Source: Candidatus Woesearchaeota archaeon
Lineage (GTDB): Archaea > Nanobdellota > Nanobdellia > Woesearchaeales > DSVV01
Length of the DNA: 64,000 nt
Direction: 5' to 3'
Assembly (NCBI GenBank): GCA_016219865.1
Contig: JACRKF010000033.1
Coordinates: forward strand, 1,960-65,959
This document shows positions 1 through 11,800 of the stretch, piece after piece (the first letter of the stretch is position 1; each line of letters opens with the position of its first letter). A program made the translations under genes and the position numbers. The notes below the pieces were generated by a model. That model ran no database searches, was not told the origin of the DNA, and saw only the letters and a list, made by a program, of their open reading frames with translations.

Positions 1-2
1 TG

Positions 3-3000
3 ATTGGGCAGGCAGGAGAATTTGATTTCTCAGCCTCGCAATGTTTAAAATCATTAAAAGAAGAACAGATTGAAACAATATTAATCAATCCAAACATTGC
101 TACTATCCAGACTAGCGAAGGTATGGCTGATAGAATTTACTTTTTACCAATCACGCCATATTTTGTTGAGAAAATTATTGAAAAAGAAACTCCTGATGGA
201 ATTCTTCTCAGCTTTGGAGGGCAAACTGCATTAAATTGCGGCTTAGCTTTAGATAAGGCTGGAGTATTTGCAAGATTTGGTGTTAAAGTGCTTGGTACTC
301 CTGTGCAAAGTATCCGTGATACTGAAGATAGAGAATTATTTGTTAATAGGTTAAATGAAATCAATGTAAAGACAGCAAAAAGTTTTGCTGTTAATAACAT
401 AGCAGCAGCATTAAAAGCTGCGCAGCAAATAGGTTATCCTGTTATGTTGCGGGCAGGATTTTCTCTAGGTGGAAAAGGTTCTGGTGTTGTTTATGATGAA
501 ACAGAATTATTTGAAAGAGCGCAAAAAGCTCTTGCAGGTGTTGAACAAATTCTAATTGAAGAATATCTTGGCGGCTGGAAAGAGATTGAATATGAAGTTG
601 TGCGAGATTGCTATGATAACTGTATTACAGTCTGTAATATGGAAAACTTTGATCCAATGGGTATTCATACAGGAGAAAGCATTGTTGTTGCGCCTTCGCA
701 AACGCTTGATAATGCTGAATACCATCTGTTAAGAGAGATTTCTATAAAAGTTATACGCCACATTGGTATTATTGGCGAATGTAATATTCAATATGCATTG
801 CATCCTGAATCAAGAGAATATAGAGTAATTGAAGTAAACGCAAGACTTTCACGTAGTTCTGCTTTAGCTTCTAAAGCAACAGGTTATCCATTAGCATTTG
901 TTGCTGCAAAATTAGCATTAGGTTATTCATTATTAGATATAAGAAATAATATCACTAAAGTAACAACTGCTTGCTTTGAGCCGGCATTGGATTATATTGT
1001 TATCAAGATTCCGCGCTGGGATTTAAAGAAGTTCAAAGAAGTTGACAAAAGAATAGGCAGTGAAATGAAATCTGTTGGTGAAGTGATGGCAATTGGAAGA
1101 AGTTTTGAAGAAACACTTCAAAAAGCTATCCGTATGTTGAATATTCAAGCAGAAGGCTTATGCTGCAATAATAGTGAGTTTAATAATTTCCAGGATATAA
1201 GAAATGCATTAAAATATCCTACAGATACAAGAATCTTTGCAATTGTTGAGTCAATGAAACAAGGAATTGCAGTTGATGAGATTGCGCTTTTGACAGGAAT
1301 TGATAAATTTTTTCTCTATAAGATAAGGAACATTATTGATATGGAAAAAGAATTAAAAGAATTAACTGAAACAGCTTTAACTGAAACAACTTTGATGCAA
1401 TTAACTCCAGAATTATTATTAGAAGCAAAAAAGCTTGGATTTAGCGATAAACAAATTGGAATATTGCTGCATAAAGAAGAGTCAGAGATTCGCGAGCATA
1501 GACTGCAGCATAACATTATGCCATTCATCAAACAAATAGATACTCTGGCTGCTGAATATCCAGCGCAAACCAATTATCTTTATTTAACGTATAATGCTGC
1601 TGAGCATGATATTATATTTAGCTCCGAATTGCAAAATTCTCAGAATAATAATTCCATTATTATGTTAGGCAGCGGAGCATACAGGATAGGTTCAAGTGTT
1701 GAATTTGATTGGTGTTGTGTAAGCTGTGTAAAAGCATTGAAAAAAGCAGGAAAAAAAACAATTATGATCAATTGCAATCCTGAAACAGTCTCAACAGATT
1801 ATGATGAATGTGACAGGCTTTATTTTGAAGAATTAACTTTAGAAACAGTGTTGCAGATTAATTATTTTGAAAAGCCGTTTGGTATTGTAATTTCTATGGG
1901 CGGGCAGATACCAAACAATTTAGCTATGGATCTTCATAAGAACAATATAAAATTATTAGGAACAGATGCAATAGATATTGATTGCGCTGAAAACAGATAT
2001 AGATTTTCAGCATTGCTTGACAGTTTGGAGATTGAACAGCCGCAATGGATTGAGACAGCATCAATTAGTGAAGCTAAAAGATTTGCAGAAGCAGTTGGTT
2101 ATCCAATCTTAATCAGGCCAAGCTATGTATTAAGTGGCGCTGCAATGAATGTATTATATAATGAAGAACTTCTTGATTTTTATCTTCGAGAAGCAGTAGC
2201 ATTAAATCCAAAACATCCTGTTGTGATAACAAAGTTTATTGAACATGCAAAAGAGATTGAGATTGATGCTGTTGCGCAGAGAGGAGAGATTATTATTTTT
2301 GCAATAAGCGAGCATATTGAACATGCAGGAGTGCATTCAGGCGATGCAACAATGGTATTGCCATGCCAAAAGATTTATGTTGAGACATCCAAAAGAATTG
2401 AGGATTATGCGCGCAAGATTGCAAAAGCATTGTCAATAACAGGACCATTTAATATTCAATTTCTTGCTCAGGATAATTATGTCAAAGTGATTGAATGTAA
2501 TCTCAGAGCATCGCGAAGTTTTCCATTTTGTTCAAAAGTAACGAATTATAATTTCGTGGATATTGCTGCAAAAGCAATGCTTAATGAAACAGTAGAACCT
2601 GTTGGAGATGCGGCAAAAAATCTAAATTATGTTGGTGTAAAAGCAGCGCAGTTTTCATTTTCTCGGCTTAAAAATACAGATCCAATTGTTGGAGTAGAAA
2701 TGCGTTCAACTGGAGAAGTAGCATGTTTTGGCAATGATCTTGATGAAGCATTATTAAAATCATTAGTTGCAACTGGATTCTCAATACCGCAAAAAAGCAT
2801 TTTAGTAAGCATTTCTGGAGATAAAAACAGATTCAGGCTGATTAATGAACTGCGAAGATTATATGATAATGGATATTTATTGTATGCAACTGAGCACACT
2901 TCAGCATTTTTGACAGCAAATGGGATTGCAAATTACAGACTTTATAAGATAAAAGATAAGATTGAACCAAATGTTTTAAGTTATCTTCAGCAAAGAAAGA

Positions 3001-3224
3001 TTGATCTTGTTATTAGCATGCAGGATGAAAATAACGGAGAAATAAAGACAGATAGTTTTATTATTCGAAGAACTGCAATTGATTTTTCTGTGCCTTTGAT
3101 TAATAATGTGCAGCTGGCAAAAGCTATTGTTGATGCAATACTTCGGAAAAAGCAAGAAGAATTGCTGCCATTGGCATTAGATGAGTATGTTCCTAAGAGA
3201 ATTTTGCAAAGCAAAATTCTCTAA
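3..3224 (+). CDS. carB: Carbamoyl-phosphate synthase large subunit, 5'-partial (frame continues upstream of the window: IGQAGEFDFSASQ... precedes the first Met)
   Basis: 1033+ aa with two ATP-grasp halves and full CarB-like architecture. Upstream in-frame translation from nt 3 (GQAGEFDYSG-like motif) shows the ORF start lies outside the window. Confidence 0.9.
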   Translation: MGQAGEFDFSASQCLKSLKEEQIETILINPNIATIQTSEGMADRIYFLPITPYFVEKIIEKETPDGILLSFGGQTALNCGLALDKAGVFARFGVKVLGTPVQSIRDTEDRELFVNRLNEINVKTAKSFAVNNIAAALKAAQQIGYPVMLRAGFSLGGKGSGVVYDETELFERAQKALAGVEQILIEEYLGGWKEIEYEVVRDCYDNCITVCNMENFDPMGIHTGESIVVAPSQTLDNAEYHLLREISIKVIRHIGIIGECNIQYALHPESREYRVIEVNARLSRSSALASKATGYPLAFVAAKLALGYSLLDIRNNITKVTTACFEPALDYIVIKIPRWDLKKFKEVDKRIGSEMKSVGEVMAIGRSFEETLQKAIRMLNIQAEGLCCNNSEFNNFQDIRNALKYPTDTRIFAIVESMKQGIAVDEIALLTGIDKFFLYKIRNIIDMEKELKELTETALTETTLMQLTPELLLEAKKLGFSDKQIGILLHKEESEIREHRLQHNIMPFIKQIDTLAAEYPAQTNYLYLTYNAAEHDIIFSSELQNSQNNNSIIMLGSGAYRIGSSVEFDWCCVSCVKALKKAGKKTIMINCNPETVSTDYDECDRLYFEELTLETVLQINYFEKPFGIVISMGGQIPNNLAMDLHKNNIKLLGTDAIDIDCAENRYRFSALLDSLEIEQPQWIETASISEAKRFAEAVGYPILIRPSYVLSGAAMNVLYNEELLDFYLREAVALNPKHPVVITKFIEHAKEIEIDAVAQRGEIIIFAISEHIEHAGVHSGDATMVLPCQKIYVETSKRIEDYARKIAKALSITGPFNIQFLAQDNYVKVIECNLRASRSFPFCSKVTNYNFVDIAAKAMLNETVEPVGDAAKNLNYVGVKAAQFSFSRLKNTDPIVGVEMRSTGEVACFGNDLDEALLKSLVATGFSIPQKSILVSISGDKNRFRLINELRRLYDNGYLLYATEHTSAFLTANGIANYRLYKIKDKIEPNVLSYLQQRKIDLVISMQDENNGEIKTDSFIIRRTAIDFSVPLINNVQLAKAIVDAILRKKQEELLPLALDEYVPKRILQSKIL
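3197..3221. repeat. Perfect palindrome GAGAATTTTGC-AAA-GCAAAATTCTC (copy a), overlapping the last codons and stop of carB
   Basis: Read directly: 11-bp arms, 3-nt loop. Confidence 0.8.
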
Positions 3225-3265
3225 TATAGGCAATTCGGACAGATGGAACTTAGTTAGAGAATTAA

Positions 3266-4671
<1,406 letters not shown>

Positions 4672-4723
4672 TCATAAAACATAGTCATGTAAATGATATA
4701 ATAAACACTAATTTGGTGATAAA

Positions 4724-5698
4724 ATGAATAACAGCAACAACAACAACTATCACAATAATAATAATAATTTCAAGACTTCAATTGCAGGATTTAAATTGCA
4801 AAACTATTTCTTCAATGCATCTGGTCCCAGGTGTATGACTATTGATGAATTAACATCTTTAGGTGAATCACAAAGTAGTGTGATATTATCAAAATCATGC
4901 ACATTGCTTCCAAGAGAAGGAAATCCTGAACCAAGGTATTGTGACTTGCCCCATGGTTCAATAAATTCAATGGGTCTGCCAAATCTTGGTTATCAGAAAT
5001 ATGGTGAATTTGCTCCATTATTAAAGAAATATAACAAACCTTATTTTGTAAGTGTTTCAGGTTTAAGCTTAGCTGATAATATTAAGATTATCTCTGATTT
5101 ATCAGATATTCAGGAGATAGCTGCATTTGAATTAAATCTTTCATGTCCCAATGTTATAGGCAAGCCGCAAGTTGGCTATGATTTTAATCAAACAAGACAA
5201 GTATTAGGTGAAGTCATGAGAATAACTAAAAAGCCATTAGGTGTAAAACTGCCTCCTTATTTTGATTTTGCGCATTTTGAAGAGATGGCAAAGATATTAA
5301 ATAATCATAAAATCTCTTTTGTCAGCTGTATTAATTCATTGGGTAATGGATTATTTATTGATGCTGACAGTGAAAAAGCAGTAATAAAACCAAAAGGTGG
5401 ATTTGGAGGTTTAGGTGGAGAATATGTTAAACCTACTGCATTGGCAAATGTAAGAAAATTTTATGAATTGCTGCGAAAAGATATTGCAATCATCGGCGTC
5501 GGCGGCATTGCAACTGGAAGAGATGCATTTGAATTTTTATTATGTGGAGCAAGCGCAGCGCAAGTTGGAACAGCATATCAGCAGCAAGGAACAGCTGTAT
5601 TTGCGCGGCTTGAGAAAGAATTTGCAGCTTTTTTAGAGAAAAAAGGCTGCCATAGTCTTGATGAAGTGAAAGGAAAATTAAAAACTATAAATAATTAA
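4724..5698 (+). CDS. pyrD: Dihydroorotate dehydrogenase (class 1 type), with an unusual poly-Asn N-terminus
   Basis: NASGP..., GLPN(L)G and SCPN motifs of class 1 DHODH. N-terminus is MNNSNNNNYHNNNNNF. Confidence 0.85.
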   Translation: MNNSNNNNYHNNNNNFKTSIAGFKLQNYFFNASGPRCMTIDELTSLGESQSSVILSKSCTLLPREGNPEPRYCDLPHGSINSMGLPNLGYQKYGEFAPLLKKYNKPYFVSVSGLSLADNIKIISDLSDIQEIAAFELNLSCPNVIGKPQVGYDFNQTRQVLGEVMRITKKPLGVKLPPYFDFAHFEEMAKILNNHKISFVSCINSLGNGLFIDADSEKAVIKPKGGFGGLGGEYVKPTALANVRKFYELLRKDIAIIGVGGIATGRDAFEFLLCGASAAQVGTAYQQQGTAVFARLEKEFAAFLEKKGCHSLDEVKGKLKTINN

Positions 5699-5705
5699 TA
5701 AAAAA

Positions 5706-5719
5706 TGAACGAAGTGAAT
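5706..5719 (+). promoter_or_regulatory. 14-nt element TGAACGAAGTGAAT between ATAAAAAA and TTTTTTAT flanks, 6 nt upstream of the pyrC-pyrE ATG
   Basis: Read directly. An A-tract of TATA-box type lies ~24 nt before the ATG; the flanks are mutually complementary. Confidence 0.4.
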
Positions 5720-5724
5720 TTTTT

Positions 5725-7674
5725 ATGTATGACGCAAGATTATTGTTGGAAAATTGCAATATTGTAAATAAGGACGGAACATTCTCTCAAAAAAACATTT
5801 TTATTGAGGATGGAAAGATTGCAAAAATAGAAAGCAGCGCTTTTGTCAATACTGTCTCTTACAAGACAATTGATTGTGCTGGAAAATTAGTATTGCCTGG
5901 ATTAATTGATTGTCATGTGCATTTTCGTGATCCAGGTTTTCCAGAGAAAGAAGATTTCTTGTCAGGAAGTTCTGCAGCAGCAGCAGGAGGAGTAACTTCA
6001 ATTTTAGAGATGCCAAATACAGCTCCAGCAACATTCACAAGAGCATTGCTTGGGCAAAAGAGACATATTGCAAGCCATAAAAGTCTAGTTAATTATGGAT
6101 TCTATATTGGAGCTGGAAATGATAATCTTGAAGAATTAAATATGGCAGAGAACATTGCTGGAATTAAAATATACATGAATCTTACAACAGGACAATTATT
6201 GATTGATGATGATGCTCATTTAAAAAAGATATTCTCCCTAAATAATAAATTATTTGCAGTGCATGCTGAAGGAGAAACATTTGCAAAAGCATTATCTATG
6301 TTTCACGAAAATAACGAAAATAACTCCTCTAGACTATACTTATGCCATGCTTCTTTGCAATCAGAGATAGAAATAATTAGAAAAGAGAAACTAACTGGGA
6401 AAAAAGTCTATGCTGAAGTCTGTCCTCATCATTTATTGTTCACAAAAGAAAATGATTTAGAAAGATTAAACGGCTATGCTATAATGAAGCCAGCATTAGC
6501 AACAGCAACTGACAGAAACTCTTTATGGGCGGCAATTAACGATGGTGCAATTGATATGCTTGCAACAGATCATGCGCCGCATACACGAGCAGAAAAGAAT
6601 AATAATAAACCTGCATTTGGTGTAATTGGTGTTGAATTATTATTGTCATTGGCATTGACATGGTATCATGAAGGAAGATTAACTCTTAGAAGAATAATGG
6701 AATTATGCTGCGAAAATCCTGCAAGGATTTTCGGAATAAAAAACAAAGGTTTTTTAGCAGAAGGCTATGATGCGGATATTGTTGTTATTGATTTAGACGC
6801 TGAGAAGATTGTTAATGATGAATTATTATTTTCAAAAGCAAAAGGTTCTCCGTACAATGGCATGAAACTTAAAGGATTGCCTGTGATAACAATCGTCAAT
6901 GGAAATATTGTTTTTGCTGATGGTATGATTAATGATTCTTATAGGGGAAAAGAATTAATGTTTGGACAGGGTGAAACTATGGCGCAAGATGATTTAGAAA
7001 GTAATGTTAGTGAATCTGTTGCTGTTGGAGAGGACATTACTGAGAAGGTTGCAGAAATTTTATTGGACACAAAAGCAGTGATTGTTAATGCAGAAAAACC
7101 ATATAAATATGCATCAGGAATATTAAGTCCAATTTATTGTGATAATAGGATTGTATTATCCTATCCAGACAAACGAAAGATGGTAGTTGAAAGTTTTTTA
7201 GCATTAATTGAACGAGAAGATATTCAGTATGATGTTATAGCTGGAGTTGCAACAGCTGGAATTCCTTGGGCAGCAATGATTGCAAACAAACTTGACAAGC
7301 CATTAATCTATGTTCGAACAGAGAAGAAAGAGCATGGCAAGCAGAATGCAATTGAAGGAAACCTTGAGATTGGCCAACGCGTGCTGGTTGTTGAAGATTT
7401 AATTTCTACAGGTGGAAGCAGTTTGCAAGCAGTGCAGCATATCAGAAATGCACAAGGGATTGTTGACCATTGTGTTGCAGTCATGAATTATGAATTTGAA
7501 GAAAGCAGAAATAGATTTAATGAGAATGGCTGTACTTTATTGACATTGACTAACTTTTCAGTGCTTAGTAAAATTGTATTAGATAAGAAATATATAGATC
7601 AAGCTGCTTATGATAAAGTAAAAGAGTGGAATTTAATGCCAAAAGAATGGGGGAAAAAGCATGGGTTTGAATAA
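5725..7674 (+). CDS. pyrC: Fused dihydroorotase (N-terminus) / orotate phosphoribosyltransferase (C-terminus)
   Basis: N-terminal DCHVHFRDPG and ATDHAPH (DHOase metal ligands). C-terminal VLVVEDLISTGGS PRPP-binding motif of PyrE. The two halves are joined by an acidic linker to give a single 649-aa ORF. Confidence 0.85.
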   Translation: MYDARLLLENCNIVNKDGTFSQKNIFIEDGKIAKIESSAFVNTVSYKTIDCAGKLVLPGLIDCHVHFRDPGFPEKEDFLSGSSAAAAGGVTSILEMPNTAPATFTRALLGQKRHIASHKSLVNYGFYIGAGNDNLEELNMAENIAGIKIYMNLTTGQLLIDDDAHLKKIFSLNNKLFAVHAEGETFAKALSMFHENNENNSSRLYLCHASLQSEIEIIRKEKLTGKKVYAEVCPHHLLFTKENDLERLNGYAIMKPALATATDRNSLWAAINDGAIDMLATDHAPHTRAEKNNNKPAFGVIGVELLLSLALTWYHEGRLTLRRIMELCCENPARIFGIKNKGFLAEGYDADIVVIDLDAEKIVNDELLFSKAKGSPYNGMKLKGLPVITIVNGNIVFADGMINDSYRGKELMFGQGETMAQDDLESNVSESVAVGEDITEKVAEILLDTKAVIVNAEKPYKYASGILSPIYCDNRIVLSYPDKRKMVVESFLALIEREDIQYDVIAGVATAGIPWAAMIANKLDKPLIYVRTEKKEHGKQNAIEGNLEIGQRVLVVEDLISTGGSSLQAVQHIRNAQGIVDHCVAVMNYEFEESRNRFNENGCTLLTLTNFSVLSKIVLDKKYIDQAAYDKVKEWNLMPKEWGKKHGFE

Positions 7675-7718
7675 ATATCTTTTTATATCATGCATATTTC
7701 TCTCATTTAGGTGATTAG

Positions 7719-8594
7719 ATGAATAAAGAAGAGTCATACATCGAACAACTAACACAATTAGCGCAACAAAGAAAAAGCATTATCTGCGTTGGATTGGATC
7801 CAGATATTGAAAAAATTCCTTTACAGGGAAATTTAGAGCAAGTTATAACTAAATTCTGCGCAAATATTCTGCAAGCAATGATTGATGAGAATGTAACACC
7901 TGCAATAGTCAAGCCAAATTATGCATTTTATTTTCAGCATGGTTTTGAAGGATTAAAAGCATTGCAGAATATTATTGGATTTTGCCGCCAGAATAATATT
8001 CCTGTAATTTTAGATGCAAAAGTTGGTGATATTAAGAAAACAGCGCAAGCTTATGCAAAAGGAATATTTGGCTGGTTAAATGCAGATGCTGTTACAGTCA
8101 ATGCTTACATGGGATCAGATGTGTTAGCGCCTTTTCTCCCTTATTGTAATAAAGGAAAAGGAATCTATGGTTTATTAAAAACTTCAAATGAAAGTTCTGG
8201 AGAATTGCAGGATTTAGAATTAAAAGACAGCAGAAAAGTATATGAAGCTGCTGCTGGCATTCTTGCAAAAAATTATGTTGATGGGAATTTTCCGATTGGT
8301 TCAATTGGCGGAGTAATTGGAGCTACTTATCCTGCGCAGCTTAAGCAATTGAATGATTATTTTACTTCCAGAAATCTTGTTCTGCCATTATTAATCCCAG
8401 GAGTAGGCGGACAAGGAGGATCTGCTGGAGAAGTTGTTCAAGCGCTAGGCGGAAAGAAAAATAAGAATATTTGGACGCACAGAATCAATGTTTCATCTGG
8501 ATTTACTGAAGCTTATTTAAAATACAAGACAGATGATTATGCTGGCGCAGCTGTCAAAGAATTGAAGAAGTTGAATAAAGAAGTGATATTATGA
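7719..8594 (+). CDS. pyrF: Orotidine-5'-phosphate decarboxylase (long type 2 form)
   Basis: ICVGLDPD and ILDAKVGDI motifs; 291 aa. Confidence 0.85.
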   Translation: MNKEESYIEQLTQLAQQRKSIICVGLDPDIEKIPLQGNLEQVITKFCANILQAMIDENVTPAIVKPNYAFYFQHGFEGLKALQNIIGFCRQNNIPVILDAKVGDIKKTAQAYAKGIFGWLNADAVTVNAYMGSDVLAPFLPYCNKGKGIYGLLKTSNESSGELQDLELKDSRKVYEAAAGILAKNYVDGNFPIGSIGGVIGATYPAQLKQLNDYFTSRNLVLPLLIPGVGGQGGSAGEVVQALGGKKNKNIWTHRINVSSGFTEAYLKYKTDDYAGAAVKELKKLNKEVIL

Positions 8595-8839
8595 AAATAG
8601 GAATTGTCTTAAGCGCAGCTGATCCAGAAATTGTCTGGAATGCTTTACGATTTGGAAATACAGGATTACAATCACAGCATACTGTAAAGATATTCCTAAT
8701 AAATAAAGGAAAGATACTTGCTTGCGGAACTTGTTTAAAATCACGACAAAAAGAAGGAAGTAATATTTGTCCGCTATCAACAATGAAAGATTTATTAAGA
8801 CTGGTTGAAGAATCTGATAAAGTGCTGACATTTGGTTAG
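8591..8839 (+). CDS. DsrE/DsrF(YchN)-like small protein, truncated 82-aa form
   Basis: ATGA overlap with pyrF. MKIGIVLSAADPE...ACGTCLKSR...DKVLTFG matches the DsrE-family pattern (Cys in a CG[TS] motif and a C-terminal D+vitf). Confidence 0.5.
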   Translation: MKIGIVLSAADPEIVWNALRFGNTGLQSQHTVKIFLINKGKILACGTCLKSRQKEGSNICPLSTMKDLLRLVEESDKVLTFG

Positions 8840-8880
8840 TTATTTTTTGGTCTAGATATTAACTAATTTAAGTTTCATCC

Positions 8881-11800
8881 TCATCCCCTGCCATACACCA
8901 AACTGTAACTATTCTTGCTAGGTCTTATCTCATATCCTTCTCCAGGTTCAAAGCAGGCAAAGTTTCCTGACCATAGTCCTGTTGTTGCGCTATATTGCGC
9001 ATATTCATATCTTGCAGATGTTGTGTTGTAATGATAAATTCTATCACCTGTTGCAGGATTTGCAGGAGAAACGAAAATTGCTGAGAAATTGCATTGTTGT
9101 ATTGCAGAGTAATAACCAAACATATTTATTTCAGCAGAGGTTGTATTCCCCGCAGCATTTGTTGAAGCTGCAATCGAAGTTGTATAATTGTTTAATGGAA
9201 CTTCTCCAACTAATGTGATATTATATGCAGTTGCAACAGGAGAAAATGCATAGGATCTTCCATATTCAAATAAAGTAAAATCGCCAAGCCATCCAGAACC
9301 TGTAAAAAACTGTGAAAGCATTGCTGTTTTTGAAGTTGTATTATAAGAATAAATAATATCATTCTCTGAAGCAGAAGTTAAATTAGAAATATTAAGATCA
9401 TTGACAGTAATAGGCAATGAAATAAGATTCAATTGTATTCCCGCAGTTGGATTGCCAGCTGCTGCTTTAATTAATACATTGAATTTTGCAGCAGTAATAT
9501 TTGTTAGATTATAATTTGTGCCATTTGCTGCAGCAACACGATAAAATCTCTTGTCAACATCTCTTGCATCATTATCTATGTAATATAATTGTGCTGCTGC
9601 GCTTATTGTTGCATTTGCTGTCGGAAGCGCTGCAGCAGAGAGATTGAGGACATAGGATGCATTCTCTGAAAAAAATAATTTATACTGAGAAGCATCTTTA
9701 GCTGAATCCCAAGATATATTAATTGAGTTATTTGCAAGCTTTTTGATTGTAAGATTGCCAGGCATAAATGGTTTGACATCTGTTGAATTAAATATTGTTG
9801 TTGTATTTGCTGCTGTTTGATTGATAAAATTAGTTTCATTGCATATAATATTGTAATTATATGTTGCAGCTCCAACAAATGTTCTGTTGTATTCAAACAA
9901 TGCTTTTGTTGCATTATACATCATATTCGCAGTCACATCTGTAAACTGGATGCTGCAATTTGCAGTAGTAATTGGTGTTTTTGAAGTCACATTTGTGTAA
10001 TTTGCAAAAAAGTTTGCTATTTGATTTTCATATGTTGCGCCAAGACGATAAGGCGCAGCATCTTGCGTTGAATCCCAAGTAATTAATGAAGCATTTTCTC
10101 GTGCAGTAATATTAGCTAATCCTATTGTATAAAAAGTAAGATTTGTTGCAGTTGCTGTAATTATTGTGCAGCCATCCGCGGCAGAATTGCAAACAGAACC
10201 ATTTTTCATAGGCACTGGATTTGCATAGCCGGTATTGTATAATGAAAATGTTATGTTGCTATTTAATGTGCTGTGCAGATGTGAATTATTAAACAGGATA
10301 TTATTCCTGCTGATGTTTGCATTTTTATCAAAATCTTGAAATGCAGCAACCGCAAAATCATTAAATATTATTTTCCCATTCGATGTATTCTCAAGAATAA
10401 AGTAGGATGTATTATATAATGATGGAATAACAAGTGGATTTGATGTTATTCCATTAAATGTGTTTATTTGTGGTGAAGCATTTAATCCAGCAGAGATTAC
10501 TAATGAAAATGGCTGTGAACCTTGAGCAATATTATACGCTGAGACATTAACTTGATAACTTCCAGTTTGTGTATTGTTAGTATTAATAATAACCTGCTCA
10601 ACTGTATTTCTATCATCTGAGGACGCATTAAATGGAAATAAAAAGTTATTGCCAAGAAATTGCGTTCCATTTGGTGCTGTTGCAATCAGATTAAGATCAT
10701 TCACTAATGAAATTGCTGCATTTGCTGTTCCTTTGTAATCTGTCCAGACTAAAGTTATTTTTATTGGAGTTGATGCATTAACAACTGTAAAATTGTAAGT
10801 TGAAGATTGACCTGTTGTCAATTCAGTGCTATTATCAATATACACAAGATATCTTGATCCTGATGGAATTAATGTATTAGTCATATTTACTCTGCCCCAT
10901 CCGCTTGTATTGCTTGGAAATCCATAGCTTAGCTCTTGGGCGCCATTAATTAGTGTTGCTTTAAGCAATGCTCCAGAAACATTATTGTAGAATTTGTTGA
11001 GCATGAAATCCTGACGCAACAACACAAGCATGCCTGCTGCAGAAGGTGTTGCCATGCTTGTGCCTGAGCAAGTAGAATAATTGCCATTTGAAGAAAATGC
11101 GGAATTGCAAGATGGACTTCCTGAGCTGATTACAGTTGATTTTGTTGAAACAACATTTGTGCCAATTACAACAACATCTGGTTTTGTCCTGTTATCAGCA
11201 GCTGGTCCAAGACTGCTTGTCGATGAGATTAAAGCAGGATTTCCTGAACTTCTGCTGCTTTGAAGGTTGCCAACAGAAACTGCATTTTTCGCAGTTGCTG
11301 GATAAAATACTGTGTTTGCGCCAGAACCGCCAGAATTTCCTGCTGCAACAATTAATAATGCATCTTTTCTGTTCCACATAAAATCATCAACAGTTACAGC
11401 TAGTGATTCATACGCATTAGTATCGCCGCCATAACTATTGCTATGCACTCTAGCGCCATCTAAATATTGATTATGAAGAATTGTTTTATATGTTGATGTT
11501 GTTCCTAAATAAATTGATCGTGAACCATCATCATCACCTGCTGCATAGAATGAGATATTGGCAGCATATGCCATTCCTTTAAATTGACCAGCAGATAATG
11601 TGCCATTTCCAGCAGCAGATCCTGTTACGTGCGTGCCATGGCCATTTAAATCATTTGGTGAAGAACAACTAGCGCCGCTTAATGCGCAAACTGTATTGTT
11701 AGTTTTAATATTGACAATACGATTATCAAAATCCAGCAAGATATCATTTAATACAGAAAGATTATCAACACCAGTATCTAAACCAGTATCTAGTATGCCA

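Noticed and set aside
137-3214. Minus-strand ORFs 137..400, 1316..1573, 2627..2899 and 2987..3214 inside carB
   Set aside because: Antisense to a strongly supported conserved gene. Low-complexity Ser/Leu/Cys/Phe-rich translations are typical of reverse-strand reading of AT-rich coding DNA.
8589-8831. Minus-strand ORF antisense to the DsrE-like gene
   Set aside because: The plus-strand ORF has a family motif and ATGA coupling to pyrF. The antisense translation is hydrophobic low-complexity.
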